Below are positions 1-12,299 of a DNA stretch of 52,582 nucleotides, piece after piece. The notes under the pieces are model-generated. The model worked only from the letters and a program-made list of their open reading frames with translations. It did not search any database and had not been told where the DNA came from. Position 1 is the stretch's first letter, and each line of letters begins with the position of its first letter. The stretch comes from Albugo candida. Taxonomy: Eukaryota. Position numbers and translations under genes: made by a program. The stretch lies in assembly GCA_040437565.1 (NCBI GenBank), contig JBDOQK010000090.1, positions 1-52,582 on the forward strand, in the 5' to 3' direction.

Positions 1-810
1 TCCTCGATTATTTCAACGTGGAACAATATCTCAGCACTCACGGTGAATGTTAATGGAATTCATAAAAATGGTCATCTTTTTATCGACCACATCTTATCAC
101 AAAACTCCATTTGTTGTGTTCAAGAAACCAAGTTTCACGATCACTACCAACTGGAATCATTTCAATTTTTATTACCCTCAAAAATGCAGCACAAAATATT
201 TGTCAATGACCAAAACAGTGCTTTTCTCCATCCGACTCAAAACCGCTGTGGCGGTATCATGACAACCCTTCGTCAAGATTTTCCCGGTTATGAAACAGCT
301 GAAGAACTCACCGAACGAAGTATTTGAAATTGCTATCTTGTTTTGCGTCTTCTCATTCACGATGCACCGGTGTATATTCACAATGTATATGCACCGGTCA
401 AAGCCGAAGAACGAGTGAGTTTTATGAGTTATTGCTTTCCAACACTTTCGAATCGACCGCATAATATGTCGTTTTTGGTGATTTCAAAACACCACTCGAT
501 CCAGCTATCGATGCTTCGAGTGGAACAATTCGACACGAATCAAGTCGATTAGCGTGCTTGGAATGGCTTTCACAGTTAGGTGTGGTAGACGCTTGGCGAA
601 TCCAGCATCCGACTGAAAAAGTATTTACAGGACCCTTACCGTGCAAGAATCGACTATTACATCTGCATGGCAGAAGAGCTATTCAATATGGTACACAAAA
701 CCGCAGAATATTTTCGTCCACGACATGCAGGAGATCATCTGGCACAAAAAGTGACTCTTGCAAATCCAATTTAATCTCTGTGTCGAGGATACTGGAAATG
801 TTCATTACGT
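1..810 (+). mobile_element. Decayed L1-like non-LTR retrotransposon, AP-endonuclease domain fragment (frameshifted, stops)
   Basis: Consecutive ORF fragments carry APE motifs: xNVNG, ICCVQETK, HNVYAP, VFGDF (another frame), VDAWRIQHP, NRL, and GYWKC just before the hAT insertion. Confidence 0.75.
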
Positions 811-823
811 CTAGACTGTAAAT

Positions 824-951
824 GGATATGGATCTGGAGCTGAGAGCTGGGTTTATTTGCCAAACGGATCTGGACCTGGATCTGGAAGCTGGGTTCAATT
901 GCTGAATGGATCTCGGTCTTGATCTGAAAAAAAGATCCCGATCCATTTGCA
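824..951. repeat. hAT left subterminal GGATCT/GGATCC repeat array
   Basis: Clustered GGATCTGGA/GGATAT/GATCC motifs; the same motifs recur at 3686-3820. Confidence 0.8.
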
Positions 952-1539
952 TATAAAAATTAGCATGCATTTACCAAGTACTATGATGGTCATATGTAGA
1001 ATTTGAGTAAAGTATGACGACAATCTATATCGTAAAATACATGCTATAGGTTATAAATTGGAGGGTAGATCTGATATTTATGCTCCAGGGGTAGGTTAAA
1101 ATAGAAATCTGCTCATTTTGGCCGAACCCAGAAGCCCCTTGTGACCGGTGAAACACCTTACTCGGCGTAACGGATTCCGCTAACCCGAAAGAATAATAAA
1201 TAAAAATGCAGACTTACAATCATAACAGATTCTTCAGTGTCCTGGTGTCAACGGAATAATTTCAGAGAAATTGACACTAATGCTGATGCTGAAACTGACT
1301 ACCCTGTTTTAGTATATTCTTGTATTGTGTAAACATCATTGATATTATTGTGTACGTAGAATGTATATCTTGGAATAAGTGCGTTATGTTCGAATAAGGT
1401 AAGGAATGTACAACGTTCCGGGGCGACTGTTGTTTATCACATAAGATTGGCTTCAAAAAATGTTTACTTTGAAAATCAGGCCAACGACACCACCTCGAAG
1501 GCAGCAAGTCGAATTTCAACGGCTCTTGGAAGCCCTGCC

Positions 1540-3560
1540 ACCACGAAATGCTAAAGTGGGGTCGCTTCTCAGCTGTCTGGGAGAATTTCGAAGAGCATAA
1601 AAAACCCAGGAGGATCTGGAAGCCAAGTGCAACAAATATTTTGCTGTCCTGAGCTTCAAAACAGGAACATCTGCCATGATAAAGAATTACGAAAAGCATA
1701 AGATGGCCACCAAACGGGAAACCCAAACAGTTTTAAGTCTCGCAAAACCTCCTCAGGAAATTGGGAAATATGATCAGAACATTGTGAACGAGAAGCTGAT
1801 CGAATGATTATTCTTCATGAGTTGCCATTATCTCATATGACTAACTTCCTGAATTCCGCCGCCGGATGAAAGCTGTTCAGCCAAGCTTCGAAGCTATCAG
1901 CAGAACAATTGTCAAAGCCAAACTTTTGAGTCAATTCCAAAAGATGAGAACGGAAATCATGGCTGAAATTGCAGCGTTCAACTGAAGGATATCATTTACA
2001 CCAGATATTTGGAGTTCTTACCAAAACTTTAACTACATGGCAGTGACTGCACAATGGATCACTTCAGGATACAAGTTCTGCAAACAGATAATCAGCAAGT
2101 GTAATTTGATAGGAGGACACACTGGCAAAGATATATCTACAGATTTCCTGAGAGTGGTGGATAAATTTGGCTTCAACTTCAAGATAATGACCCTCACCCT
2201 TGATAATACGTCATCAAACAAGGTTGAAGCTGACCATATTTCTCAACATCCAGAAGTAGAAATCCGAGATCCCAAATACTTCCAAGGAAAGTGCATTGCG
2301 GACAGTTGAACTTGATAGTCCGTGACGGTACCAATGCTACAGAAGGAATTTTTGAGATGGCAAAAATTAATCATGGGGATATTCTTCATCTGAATTTCAC
2401 CTCGTACTTCAATTGCTTTTCAGTTGCCGTCCAACATAAAGTGAATTAGATAGTCGCCTGCTCGCAAACGCTTGTGGTATGCAGCGATTAAGATGATTTC
2501 AGCATCCCTTCAACGACAACCCAACCAAACCCAGATGTTGCAACTCGCTGGAATTCAGCATATGATATGTTGAGCACCATCTTCCAGTACATACTTTAAG
2601 GCCCTTGCCGATCAGAAATCGTTAGAAGAGATTTCAGTGAAAGAATGGGATAATATGAAGACTTCGACTGGTTTTTTGAAACTTTTTAAGAGAGGTAATT
2701 GCACTTTGTTGTTTATACATTGACACAATTTCAAAGTTTTCGGCTAATGCTCCTTATTACATCAACTTTAGATCATTCAGGATGCAGTTATCCAACAGCT
2801 CTTTTTGTATTCCCTCTTCTTTGGAAGGTGCTAAAAACTGTTGAGGACGGGAAGATTCATCCAATGATATCATCAGAATTAAAAGCAACCTATGGAGGCA
2901 AAGCTAAAATGATATTAAAGTATGGAAAATAACAGCCCTCAGATGGAAATCTCTGCTTTGCCACTATCCTCGATCCTCATTACAAAATGAGATAAATTTC
3001 ATATGTTTTTGAACAAGTAGATGCAGTGTCTGCATTGGATAAGATGGAAGACTTGGAATCAAGGTAACTTTTTATATACTTTTTACCTGTTCAAAACAAG
3101 GGCTAATTACAACACTTTTAGTTTTCTAGCATTCCTTGACAAATAAAAACGTGATAATATCAGCCCAGATGATTCTATATCGCAAATCAACTCTTTTTCA
3201 TTTCGTGCAAATATTATTGAGGCCACCTTCAGTGAGCAAGCAGGATTTGGACACTTTCTAAAAGCTTCTAAAAATACCAGCTGAAAGCAAACAAAGTCGC
3301 AATTCGAGATATACCAGGAAGAACCCATTTATCCTCTCCAAGCTGATCTTTCTATACTAGAGTAGTGAAATTCGAACCACGAAAAGTTTCCTCTATTCGC
3401 GCGAATTGCTGTTGACGTCATGGTAATTCCTGCAACATCAGTTGCCTCTAAGCAAGCTTTCAGCTTTGGAGGACGAATCCTGGATGATTCTATCTTCACT
3501 TAGCCCCAACAGTACAAGCTTTGATCTGCACAAAGAATTGGCTCATGTCCAAAAACAAAT
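1540..3560 (+). pseudogene. hAT transposase pseudogene (BED-like N-terminus, catalytic core, C-terminal dimerisation domain); ends approximate
   Basis: Translated pieces: SAVWENF..KCNK, MIILHELPL, ISFTPDIWSS..YMAVTAQWI, GGHTGKDI, TLTLDNTSSN, TRWNS, TILDP, FARIAVDVMVIPATSVASKQAFSFGGRIL. Many stops and frameshifts. Confidence 0.85.
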
Positions 3561-3685
3561 CAGTCCTAGTTCCCATTCAAGTAGATCAAGCTCAAAGACT
3601 GATGATAGAAATTCTTTTACTAAGGGAGAAGTGCTTGTCAATACGATAGACTCATATTTCAGTTAACTTTATTTTGATGAGATCT

Positions 3686-3829
3686 TGGTGGATCCAGATC
3701 CGCTGGATCTGGATATGGATATGGATACGGGTGTGGGTGTGGGTCTGAGACTTGGGTCCATTTGTTGAATGGATCTGGATCTTTTTTTCAGATCCTGGTC
3801 CAGTGGATCTAGATCCATTTGCCGCCCTA
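3686..3829. repeat. hAT right subterminal repeat array and TIR
   Basis: GGATCTGGATATGGATATGGATACGG...GGATCTAGATCCATTTGCCGCCCTA. Confidence 0.8.
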
Positions 3830-6800
3830 CTTTACATGGTTTAACCATTTTTAAATCTTTGCCCCGAGAACTCTTTCAAGCTAGTGAACGGAGGCAGAAG
3901 AGTCTATTGCTTTGACGGGTTGTAAGCAAATTCACTTAGACTTATTTTTTATCATTTAAACCTCTGCCGTACACTTTGCTATCCCTCATTGGCTTTTAGC
4001 GCTCAACAGCATTTTCCGTAATCCAAGAGTACAAATGCAAAAAAAACATGGTATTACATTTGTGGAGATCATCTTCATACCTCAAAGTCGCTCATGCAAG
4101 GGTGTTCTTCGTTCTTCTGCGCTAAATGGTAGGTATACCATGATTCAGTTTGTTTATTATAGCCTACCAAAACAAATTCAGTCAAAAACAAATAAACATA
4201 ATCTTCCATAACTTATCATCTTTGTGTCACTTTCTCCATGTACAAATCATTACTTCATTTAGGTGGTCTTGAGTAGTATTGGTTACCTTGAAGGAATGAA
4301 CCGAACGTCATTTTTACTGGCGAAGAGGTGGTCTATCTCTCAGTATATGAAGCAATCACGAATCGTCTGACGATAAAGTCGCCTAAAAATATTCAATTTG
4401 ATGTAGCGCGGATTGTAAATGCGTGATCAGTTCATATGTAGCGCACTTCTGACAACCGTTACTATTAAAAACATGCAGTCTCGTCACAACCGACATGATC
4501 ATTCTTCATCTCAAATAGACTTAGTAACCATATTTGTTTGTGTGCGAACTTGAAGAGTAGAATGGTATAACATTTAGCGGTATACGGAACTGGCGCCATC
4601 GTAATTGCGAATGTCACAAGTAATGTAGTCAACAACATCGCCGCAAGCGAGCAAATCTCCTCCAGGCTCTTACCTACCGTCTACATCTATCACCACACTT
4701 CTATCGCACATTACATTCCAACAGAACAGATGCAACAAAGAGTTGCACATCTCTTTCGAGCCATTTTTCCGCTTACAACTCTCTCTGTCCAATATTCTCA
4801 CCCTCTCTCTTTCTTCACATGACTATTTGATGAACTCGAGCAATGGCTACATTATCAACGCTACTGACAGTTGATTACACAAAGAATCCATGACTGCATT
4901 CACTTATTGGCTTCCTTTCACGGACCTCCACAGTGTACAATCGAGAGGAAATGTAGATGTAATGCAACGTGGTAATCTGCTTACACATTCCAACGACTCG
5001 CCAAATGATTGGGCCACATGAATTATCGTTCTCTGTTCACTCTTTTACCTGATCAATTGTATTCTCACTGACGTTGTGCGCGGACATGTCATTTTTGTCG
5101 ATGGAAAGCGTTTGTCAACTGTGATTGCGCTAGGCTTAAGATGTTATGTTCATCCTGCAACAAAATGGGTGGAGGTTTAGTTAAGACGTCTTTTCCTTGT
5201 GAATGGATACGTATATCTTTTCATTCAATCAACACAAGAAATGCATATCCAAAGACAAAGTTGAAAGCATCAGTCACTGTATGCGATCTGGAGTACCTGC
5301 AGCCGTTACATAAACCTCAGTGTTGTTATTTTAAGAGAAAACATAGAAGAGCGAGTGCTTCTTGCACGTATGACGTGTGAGAGATCGCATTTCACGTTCC
5401 CTGGACGTTGCAGAATGTAATACGCCTAATGGCATACGGATATGCGGCATTTATTTAGACGGTCAGGCTCCCATTGGACTGATGGGACAGTGAACTTGAT
5501 GAAACATCAAGTTCAAGTGCTCGTATCTATTTCTCCGATGCCGAGGGATGAATGTATAGAGCTATGTCACAATTTAGTAATTAATGGCCTCTCTGCTCGC
5601 TTAGGCTCCAGCATCGTCCAAGCAGCTTGCCGCGATTTAATACAAAACATGCTGATGGTTATTGTGCCGTCCTTAACACTGGAATTCGCGTTATTCGAAA
5701 ACACTTCACATTCAATAATGAATCTGTTCGGGCGTTTTGATTCTGCTAAACGTCATCGCAGAAATCAATAAAAGAAAAGGGACAAGGAATCTTACACGAG
5801 TATGACATGCTTTTGCCGGTCAATAACACATTGTGTATCGATTGAGACGCCCGGATTTTCAATGTAATACTTCAAAATGGTATAATTTTCCTAATGCACT
5901 GCTGGTTTATAAATGCTCGTTTAAGATAGACTCTAAGCCTTTAATAGTTGACAATAGTGCGGTTAGTGACACAATCTAATAGCACCAAAGCTCTTAGTCA
6001 TCGATCCGACTTCAAGCACCCAGTCTAGGACAAATATAGATAAAAACAAATGTCTTTATTTGCGAGTTACAAAAGCCAAGCTCAATAGCTCAATTAGCCT
6101 TGGGCGCTATATCTTATATCGGACCAGAAATGAGCAGTGAATATGGTACGAACAACGATCAGAAAGGGGTACTGCATGTGGCTTTTTCAACGTGCTCGAA
6201 ACAGGAGAGGTTAAGATCAGACGAAAACGATTTTCTTGGACCTGCATCGTTACTTGCAAATCCCAATCGGCGGTTGCATGACCACGATTCCTACGTTTCT
6301 CGTCATCTTCTCCAGAAATAGATGCATGTGATTTTCCATTTGCAGTCTTTATCCCTCCGCCATCAGAAAGATAAAAAAGTTCTGATTTGACTGCTTTAAA
6401 TGCTCCAATACTGCGGTCATAATGGCAAAACCGAGCTGGAAGGGAATGAATAAATTGGGCGGTACCGGATGCATACGTAAAATCATCTCGACATCAAAGC
6501 AATTGCGGTGAAGATGTTAACAGATATGAAGTCACGTACTTTATTGGTTGGTCGAGAGAAGCGTATAATTTATGATTGGGCAAATCTTTTCGAGCTAGAA
6601 TTCGTGTCGTCAAAGCAATCAGAAAGCCATCCCATCACTTCATCCCAAACAACAGCTTTCACAGGGTGTGATTTCAACTTTTTCCTTAGAAGGAGGACAG
6701 CTCGCAACACGATCAAAGTATGCTGACACTAATTTGCACTTCAGCTTCGCTTCACCCCTTTTGACGAAAGTGGTCACGTCGGAAACCTTAGCTCCAAATA

Positions 6801-7132
6801 GACAGGCTTTTCGACCTCAGCGAAATGTTTCTAATTGCCTGAATTCCCAATTCGTTTGGAATCGGCTTCTGGGGAACCCACATCTCAAACAATATCTCGC
6901 TTCCAGGCCCCACTACCACTTTTGTCCATCCTGAGCTAGTATTTGAAACAGGATCTTTTGAGCTACAATTTCAAAAAGAGGAGCTGAAATATAGGAGAAT
7001 TGTACAAGATTGAGGAGCCTTTTTAGAATATGAAAAACAACGTTGTGTGTTGGAGCAATGTAGTCACTATATACTGTCATATCCAAATGCAAACATGAGC
7101 TTTTTAGATCAGTATCACGAGGAGAGACTACT

Positions 7133-7379
7133 TTGTCAACAATTTCATTACACTGTTCATCTGGTTCTTTAACTACCTTCCTTATCCTATCATGAGCCCC
7201 TGACCGTGTGAATATCACTTAAGTCTGACTTCAAACCTAGGGAGGCAGATTTTTTCGAAGCTTAATGCTTGGGTGGGCTCAAACCGCTGCCCACACTGCC
7301 GGGGATCGAACTAACGACCTCCAGCAGGGGGTCCGTGCGCTCAAGTGCTTAACCGACTGAGCTGGGTACGGGAACCCCA
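7133..7379 (-). mobile_element. tRNA-derived SINE-like element (~247 bp) with Pol III A and B boxes, flanked by a 17-bp direct repeat
   Basis: Minus strand has an A-box CAGCTCAGTCGGTT (7351-7364) and a B-box AGTTCGATCCC (7302-7312). CACGAGGAGAGACTACT occurs exactly at 7116-7132 and 7380-7396. It does not fold into a canonical cloverleaf. Confidence 0.6.
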
Positions 7380-7799
7380 CACGAGGAGAGACTACTACTG
7401 TATTGCGGTATAAAGGCTGATAGTGCACTTGAGATAAGCGCCAAAAACATAGCTCAATCCAGCTAAAACACCGCATTTTCTTTGTTGTAACAAGACTAGG
7501 CAACTTAGGCAACCTCCATCGTAAACCCGCTGAAGCAACCTCGGGCAGAGTACAATAACCACAATATGTATCTTTGCTGTGAGACTTTTTTATGTCGTAT
7601 TGATTCTGTTATGGTAGTCTGAGTGATCATTCCACATGGCAAATTGTGCTCATCCATTCAGCGATTCGATTTTGGATTTCAAAACATCCATAATTGTAGA
7701 ATGTCTTTTGTTTTGTGGACACCATGTCTAGTACCTAGTAACACATCTCTTGCGTAAAAGCGTGTTTGATATTGGTGCTCTATTGCTTGGACCCACTTT

Positions 7800-8300
7800 C
7801 AAAGTGAATACTGTTCTACATTTTGCCCACTTTTTACCATGTGCATACCGAAAGAGAGGTATAAGCTTTCGTACTCGCCCTCGCCATTCTTCCCATCAAA
7901 TCAAAAATACCAGACATCTTTTGTGTGGTGGTAGTACCTCGTTCGTACCTGTGCCCAATGCCTCATGAATTCAGCTCCAAATGCCATCATGTACATAGTC
8001 AACATGATGTTGAAGTACCGTTCACTACGATATATGCAGACGGGCAATACGCAATCAAGTGTTCAGATACCAGACTGCTCATAAATATGACGAAAGTTGT
8101 CGAGTGCTCACTTGTCGACAGCATTCCTATCTCAAACATGTCTGTTACATTGGACACAATAACCATGAGCGGTGTCTTGAGACTCGACCTCACGCGCAGA
8201 ATCGATCTCCTCGCGGCGCCTTGGTATCAGATGAATAATCGGTCATGACAACAAGCAGCTCTCGAGGTTTTGATTCCGTGATGACAATGTAACGACAAGC
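7800..8300 (-). mobile_element. Possible highly decayed Ty3/gypsy integrase relic
   Basis: Only faint motif echoes in order (GLLCPM-like, VDK, LP..IV, ALGT..HK); no intact ORF. Confidence 0.25.
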
Positions 8301-8923
8301 CGTAAATTTACGCCCCTTCATCGGCTTTCTCATTTATCAATGAAGGAGACACAATGTAAAAATCCGTCATATTGCATCTTTTTGATCTATGGGAACTTTA
8401 TACATATCAGCAGATTCTGAAAATTTCCACTTAAAAAAGCTTGTGTGAAATAGAATTCAGATCCACTACACAAACGAGCCAACTTCCTGCAAAGACCATT
8501 CCCGTAGGAAATCGATTCCTCTAAAGATATCCTAGCCCAGCTTTCATAAGTTTTTAGTCACGATTAGGCATTTCTGGCACCATTGATCATAGAGTTTCGC
8601 ATAGCTCTCGCGCTCGGACGATAAACCATAAATCATCAAAGAGCGCGTTCGAGCTTATCGAGCGATAACAGGTTTATATTCAGAAGCTGACTGTATCGAC
8701 TCAGGTCGTATAATAACACCATATTGATGCTCTCCTCTTACAAATTGCCATCTGTAGAATTCTTAGGCTACGTATTCAGCGCCGGGAAAGAAATTCCATC
8801 GTTTTGGACACGGCAGCGAGATATTTGCATTTTATGGAGCCCATGATACTCCGGGACTATCATTGTGTGGTAGATAGTCGATGTACTACAAATGAGGCTT
8901 CATCGATCCTTTCCACGTGTTAT

Positions 8924-8959
8924 AGTTGCAGGTATCTATATTACTAAAATTAGACTAAC
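8924..8959 (+). repeat. Dispersed repeat copy (33/36 identical to 52547-52582)
   Basis: AGTTGCAGGTATCTATATTACTAAAATTAGACTAAC vs AGTTGAAGGTGTCTATATTACTAGAATTAGACTAAC. Confidence 0.75.
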
Positions 8960-9076
8960 TGAACTTCTCTAGTTGCCTAGGCTTCTTGAACAACATACAT
9001 TATTTGCGAAAATACCTGTGTGAGAAATGATTCTCGTTGAAAGTCCTGGATTGCGTTATCCTCGACCATCACAGTA

Positions 9077-10387
9077 CAGTACCCTACCAAAAAGATTATC
9101 GTTTCTTTAAATCATATTTTTTAGATCCAACCAAGCGCACTTCAACCACATTTACATAATCATCTTCAGCTCAATGCCTCTTAAGCTTTCAATACTTGTT
9201 CTAAATGCATATGAAGAAGTGTTTTCCCAAAAAACAGTTGATATAGATAAAAGTTTGGGCATTTTACTAATATTGGAGTATGGGTTACGCTACCAACGAA
9301 TTGATCCACCGTATAAAGAAAAAACTCCCGGAATTCTGCCTTGGAGGGTGTCGACTAATCTTTGCAACCATCTTGAATTTGATACTCCAATTCTTCTTCA
9401 TATTTTGCCACGGGAAGCTTCTGTATCTGATCTTTGAGTGTCGCTCACACATGTTCGATTGGGTTCCGATCTGGGGAATTTGGTGGCCAATTCAGCTTTG
9501 TAATGCCTCTTTCATCCCTCCATTTCTTGGTTGCATTGCTTCGATGGATAGGAGCTCCATCTTTCATCAACAGTGGACCATTGAGCTCAGCCCAAAATTT
9601 ACCCAGTTCAATTTCATAGACTGGTTCAACAAAGTCAAGTGCTATCCACCGATTCCGACCCATGCGAATCAATCAACTCTTCTTTTTTCCTTGAAAGGCA
9701 CCCCAGACCATCACTGCATAGCGCCCTGATTTAATAGAGGGTGCTAGTGAGTCTAGATTGTACCTCTCATAAGCTGTTCTCCAGACAAGGGGCTTGCCGA
9801 AATTCTTGCCGATTTCAAAGTTGGCTTCATCTGTCCAGCAGACCAAATTCCAGAACTCTATAGTTGCATTTTTGTGTTTCCATGCAAGCTCCAGTCTACA
9901 GGCAACATGCTTTGCACTCAAAAATGGCTTCTTGGGCACTACGCGAGAAACTAATACAGCTCCATGAAGTCGCCTTCTTGTTGTTGACGGGCTGACTTGG
10001 ACAGTAATTTTGCTGGTGATGTCTCGAAGTGTTGCCCGCCAATCTTCCTTGACTTTGCGGCCCAAGTGCCTAACGTCCCTTTCATCAAGAGTTTTAGGTC
10101 AACTTGGCTTTTTTGGAAATAACACTGGATTCATTGCGGTAGTGCTTCACAATGCGCTGTACTTGTCGTCAAATGATTTTAAAATGAGCTGCAATTCAAG
10201 GGGTTTTCTGACCGGCCTACTTCGTTCCGACCAGACGCCTTCTATCCTCAATAGATAAAATTTTCAGTTTCCAGATTTTGAGCGTCCATAGATTCACTTT
10301 CGGGAAGTGGGACAAGTGTGCGGGAAGCGAGCGCGTCGTCAATTAAAATTTCAGATATAAAAGACGGCAACCTTTTGGAAGGTACTG
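9077..10387 (-). mobile_element. Tc1/mariner (DD34E) transposon copy 1, transposase disrupted
   Basis: TIRs CAGTACCCTACCAAAAAGATT (9077) and reverse complement of ...AACCTTTTGGAAGGTACTG (10387), with TA on both sides. Transposase pieces WTDEANF, VMVWGAF, KDGAPIHRS...WPPNSPDRNPIE; 34 residues between D and E. Confidence 0.9.
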
Positions 10388-10394
10388 TACTGTC

Positions 10395-11451
10395 CAGTAC
10401 CCTCCGGAAAAGACTGTCCGCCCCCAAATTTTTACCGCTTTATGGAACAAAGACTTTGACTCCCGAAGCAAGGTACACAAACCTGATGAGTAATCTGTCC
10501 ATGAAATCTGGTACGAAACTTTTACAACATACAAAGCTGCAATCCTGCAGAAAGATTTTTCTGAATGATGATTTTATGATGAAAATAATCTACATAGAAA
10601 AAATACAGGCACCAGCGAGTAGAACCCCCTTTTGCTTCAATTACTGCTTTGATCCTCTCTGGAATGGCAAGATGCTGTACCTGTAGCCACTCTGGATCAA
10701 TAAAAGACCATGTCTGTTCAAGGTTGGAGCCATCGTTCTTCGCTGTTTTTGTCTTTGGGGAGCTTTTGAATTGCTGCTTTCATCTTTGCCCATACATTCT
10801 CAATGGTATTGATATCAAGAGAGTTTGCAGGCCATTCTAGCTTCCCAACGCTGCGCTCGTCACGCCATTTTTCGGGAGCTTTTGCGCGATGGATAGGCGC
10901 ACCATCTTCCATGAGTATGGCACTTCCAGCATTGATAAGGCCTTCCCAGAAGCCAGCTAACTCCCCGTCGTACACTTGCGCGACAAAGTCAGCTGCTGTG
11001 CGACGATTTGATGCCATACGCACAAGCTGGCTTTTCTTGCTATCCTGAAAGGCACCCCAGACCATCACTGAAGAATGCCCTGACTTGTAAGAAGGCACCA
11101 GACAGTCTGATTGGTACCTCTCATTGGTAGATCTCCAGACCAGAGGTCGGCGAAAACTCTTCTCAATTTTAAAGATGGCCTCACCAGTCGAGAAGATCAT
11201 TTCCAGAACTCCAAGGTGGAATGCTGGTATCTTCTTGCAAATTCTAGCCTCTTAGCGGTGTGTGGCTTGTTTGGTACCAGCTTGCCTCATTCCAACAATG
11301 CGCAAACGTTCCTCGGATGTTAAATTATCTTTTGTGCAATTTCAGCCATATGTTAAAGCTTTTGGGGACACGGTAGTGGTTTTTCAAGCGCAAGCTTGCG
11401 GTTATGAGTCGAAAATTAAGAAAAGCGGACAATCTTTTCCGGAGTGTACTG
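10395..11451 (-). mobile_element. Tc1/mariner (DD34E) transposon copy 2, related subfamily, transposase disrupted and 5'-deleted
   Basis: 27-bp TIRs, 25/27 identical (CAGTACCCTCCGGAAAAGACTGTCCGC / CAGTACACTCCGGAAAAGATTGTCCGC). ORF 10718-11200 has VMVWGAF and EDGAPIHRA...WPANSLDINTIE (D34E). Confidence 0.9.
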
Positions 11452-12299
11452 TACAATACATCGGTCATCGTTACGCCGGTCTGTTTGTTATGAGAAGTAA
11501 GTTTAATGAATTGAAAGGATGGTCAACAAAACGCACGTCTTCTCTATCTTTGTTCCACTTGGTAAAATTAAGTGTAAAAACCATCCTGACATATGTCCAG
11601 TGAGAATGAAAGGAAATGTATCTGCTAGCCATCATTATTTGGGATAGCGATCTCAAGATGAAGGATTGATCCTGACCTTGAGCTCGATGCTGCATGAATA
11701 TTCCAGCTCAACTGACGCAATAATCCGTGCAAAATGTCGCTGAATTCATCGAACAATTTGCGCTGCTTTGATGTGAAAACGGCGTAAGAGTTTCGATTGA
11801 GATTGATCGGTCCTGGCTTCTTCACTAGAACACTTGTATGGCCAAGGTTCGGAATGTCTTGGATGTTTCCGTGACAATAAAACTTCAAAATCCTCGCAAC
11901 TCACTCTCCCGATGTCACGCAAGACGGACGGAGCCGCAGTAGAAGATTGAGATGCTCATTGAGAGTTCCGGCTGCGAAGATGTTCAACTCACTCCCAGCA
12001 CCATGTGCGTTTATACATCAATCGCAAAAAGGCCGATTTCGACTTGAATTGTTTCCGAATAAAATAAGAGTCAAGTTTGTCAGTCGGCAAATGAGATGAG
12101 GTTGCAAAGGTAATGGTCGTCAGGATGAAGTAAATCGATGCAAAGGACGTCAAAAACTCCCGGAATGCTTACTCTATTTTACGCGCACGCGAAAATCTGT
12201 GCTCATTTTCGTTACAAAGATTGTGTATGGATGCTTCATTCCGAATTGCTTTTAAACTGTAAGGAGTTTGCTGACAAGGTATCTTCTAATCTGGTTTTC

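Larger units (their letters stand above)
811..3829 (+). mobile_element. hAT (Ac-like) DNA transposon, full-length but inactive
   Basis: Imperfect TIRs: 811 CTAGACTGTAAATGGAT vs reverse complement of the 3829 end TAGGGCGGCAAATGGAT. Degenerate 8-bp TSD CATTACGT (803-810) / CTTTACAT (3830-3837). GGATCTGGA-type subterminal repeats at both ends and an internal transposase relic. Confidence 0.85.

Noticed and set aside
6330-6900. Possible pogo/Tc5-like transposase relic on the minus strand (GEA, DE, PPN...GAFK echoes)
   Set aside because: Too degraded and no TIRs found.
7290-7372. Functional tRNA gene
   Set aside because: No pairing anticodon stem and a mismatched T stem; treated as a SINE-like head instead.
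8222-8231. TGGTATCAGA resembling a tRNA-iMet primer-binding site
   Set aside because: No adjacent LTR end; a 10-bp match alone is insufficient.
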